In this document: piece after piece, positions 63,356 to 64,000 of the stretch
Layout: each line of letters starts with the position of its first letter
How positions within the stretch are numbered: the first letter of the stretch is position 1
Assembly (NCBI GenBank): GCA_963785235.1
Contig: CAWAUM010000001.1
Coordinates: 352,001-416,000, forward strand
Reading direction: 5' to 3'
Source: an uncultured delta proteobacterium
Lineage (GTDB): Bacteria; Desulfobacterota; Desulfomonilia; UBA1062
Length of the DNA: 64,000 bases
Program-made: the position numbers and the translations under genes
The notes under the pieces: model-generated
What the model saw: only the letters and a program-made list of their open reading frames with translations
What the model was told of the DNA's origin: nothing
Database searches by the model: none

Positions 63356-64000
63356 ATGGATGAAGACGGCAAGGTGTACCAAGGGTCTTTTCCTGCAGCA
63401 GGTGAGGAGCAGGGGAAATTGCAGGAAAGCGAGCGGAAGGCCAGGGCCATTCTCAACCATACCTTCCAGTTTATCGGATTAATGGACACCTATGCATCTG
63501 AGGCAAACGAAGCACGAGGCAGCGGGAGCAAGGAACCCCATGCGGAACCCAGTTTCTGGGAGACTCCAGGGTAGACTCACAGCTGAATTGTAGAACAACA
63601 TTCATCAACACAATAAAGAAGTCTGCGAATGAGGTGAAGCCTGTACGTTCGAAGCTACCCTGCGCGCAGCAGACGGGAGTATGTAAGAGGCCTCGCTGAA
63701 GCGGTACAGATGAAAGGGTGAAGATGTCTATCTTATCCCTGAAGGCCGGGATATCACTGATAGGAAAACGATTGAAGAAGAACTCAAGAAACACCGTGAC
63801 CATCTGGAAACGCTGGTCAAGGAACGTACAGCCGAACTCACCAGGGCAAACGACATTGAACCAGGAACGAGCGGAAAGGAAGAGGGTGAAGATGGCCCTG
63901 CTCGAAAGGGAAGAGAGCGATAACACCCATTATGAGCGCCCCAGCAATTTTTATATAGCAGCAAGTTAAGTCATCAGTGTTTCTCCGAACGTTGAGAATG
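63356..64000 (+). pseudogene. PAS-domain sensor protein, frameshifted and cut by the window edge
   Basis: GAGGAGG RBS; ESERKARAILNHTFQFIGLMD, PFWETP-like motif, EELKKHRDHLETLVKERTAEL coiled coil in shifting frames. Confidence 0.65.

Overview
A 64 kb chromosomal window from an anaerobic delta-proteobacterium-like organism (Desulfobacterota/Syntrophales-like; inferred from gene content). Housekeeping genes include ahbB-hemL, lon, a short glmU, mreBCD-mrdA-rodA, hup, ybaK, degP and rrf2-cydAB. Accessory modules are: a sigma54 EBP / hybrid kinase / CheB-CheR fusion circuit; a patatin lipoprotein; an AmmeMemoRadiSam operon; an RND pump; a dinJ-yafQ island; a 2-hydroxyacyl-CoA dehydratase triad; a TetR-SDR-DUF362-split transketolase-SCP2 operon; a divergent QueG-like gene; and a decayed MCP. 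Many genes carry single-base frameshifts, most likely long-read consensus errors. No tRNA, rRNA or CRISPR array was recognised. Four observations stand out. (1) The AmmeMemoRadiSam components appear to be exported: a Tat signal on the radical SAM enzyme hidden by a frameshift, a Sec signal on the AmrB-AmrA fusion, and an intervening membrane spermidine-synthase-like protein with degenerate motifs. (2) A chemoreceptor-less CheBR methylation circuit whose two partners share a duplicated Glu/Gln-rich coiled-coil-PAS input, linked by a sigma54 promoter. (3) A ~170 bp repeated element with a 29 bp co-varying stem and a loop inverted in one copy. (4) A candidate lipid C-C cleavage/formation operon.
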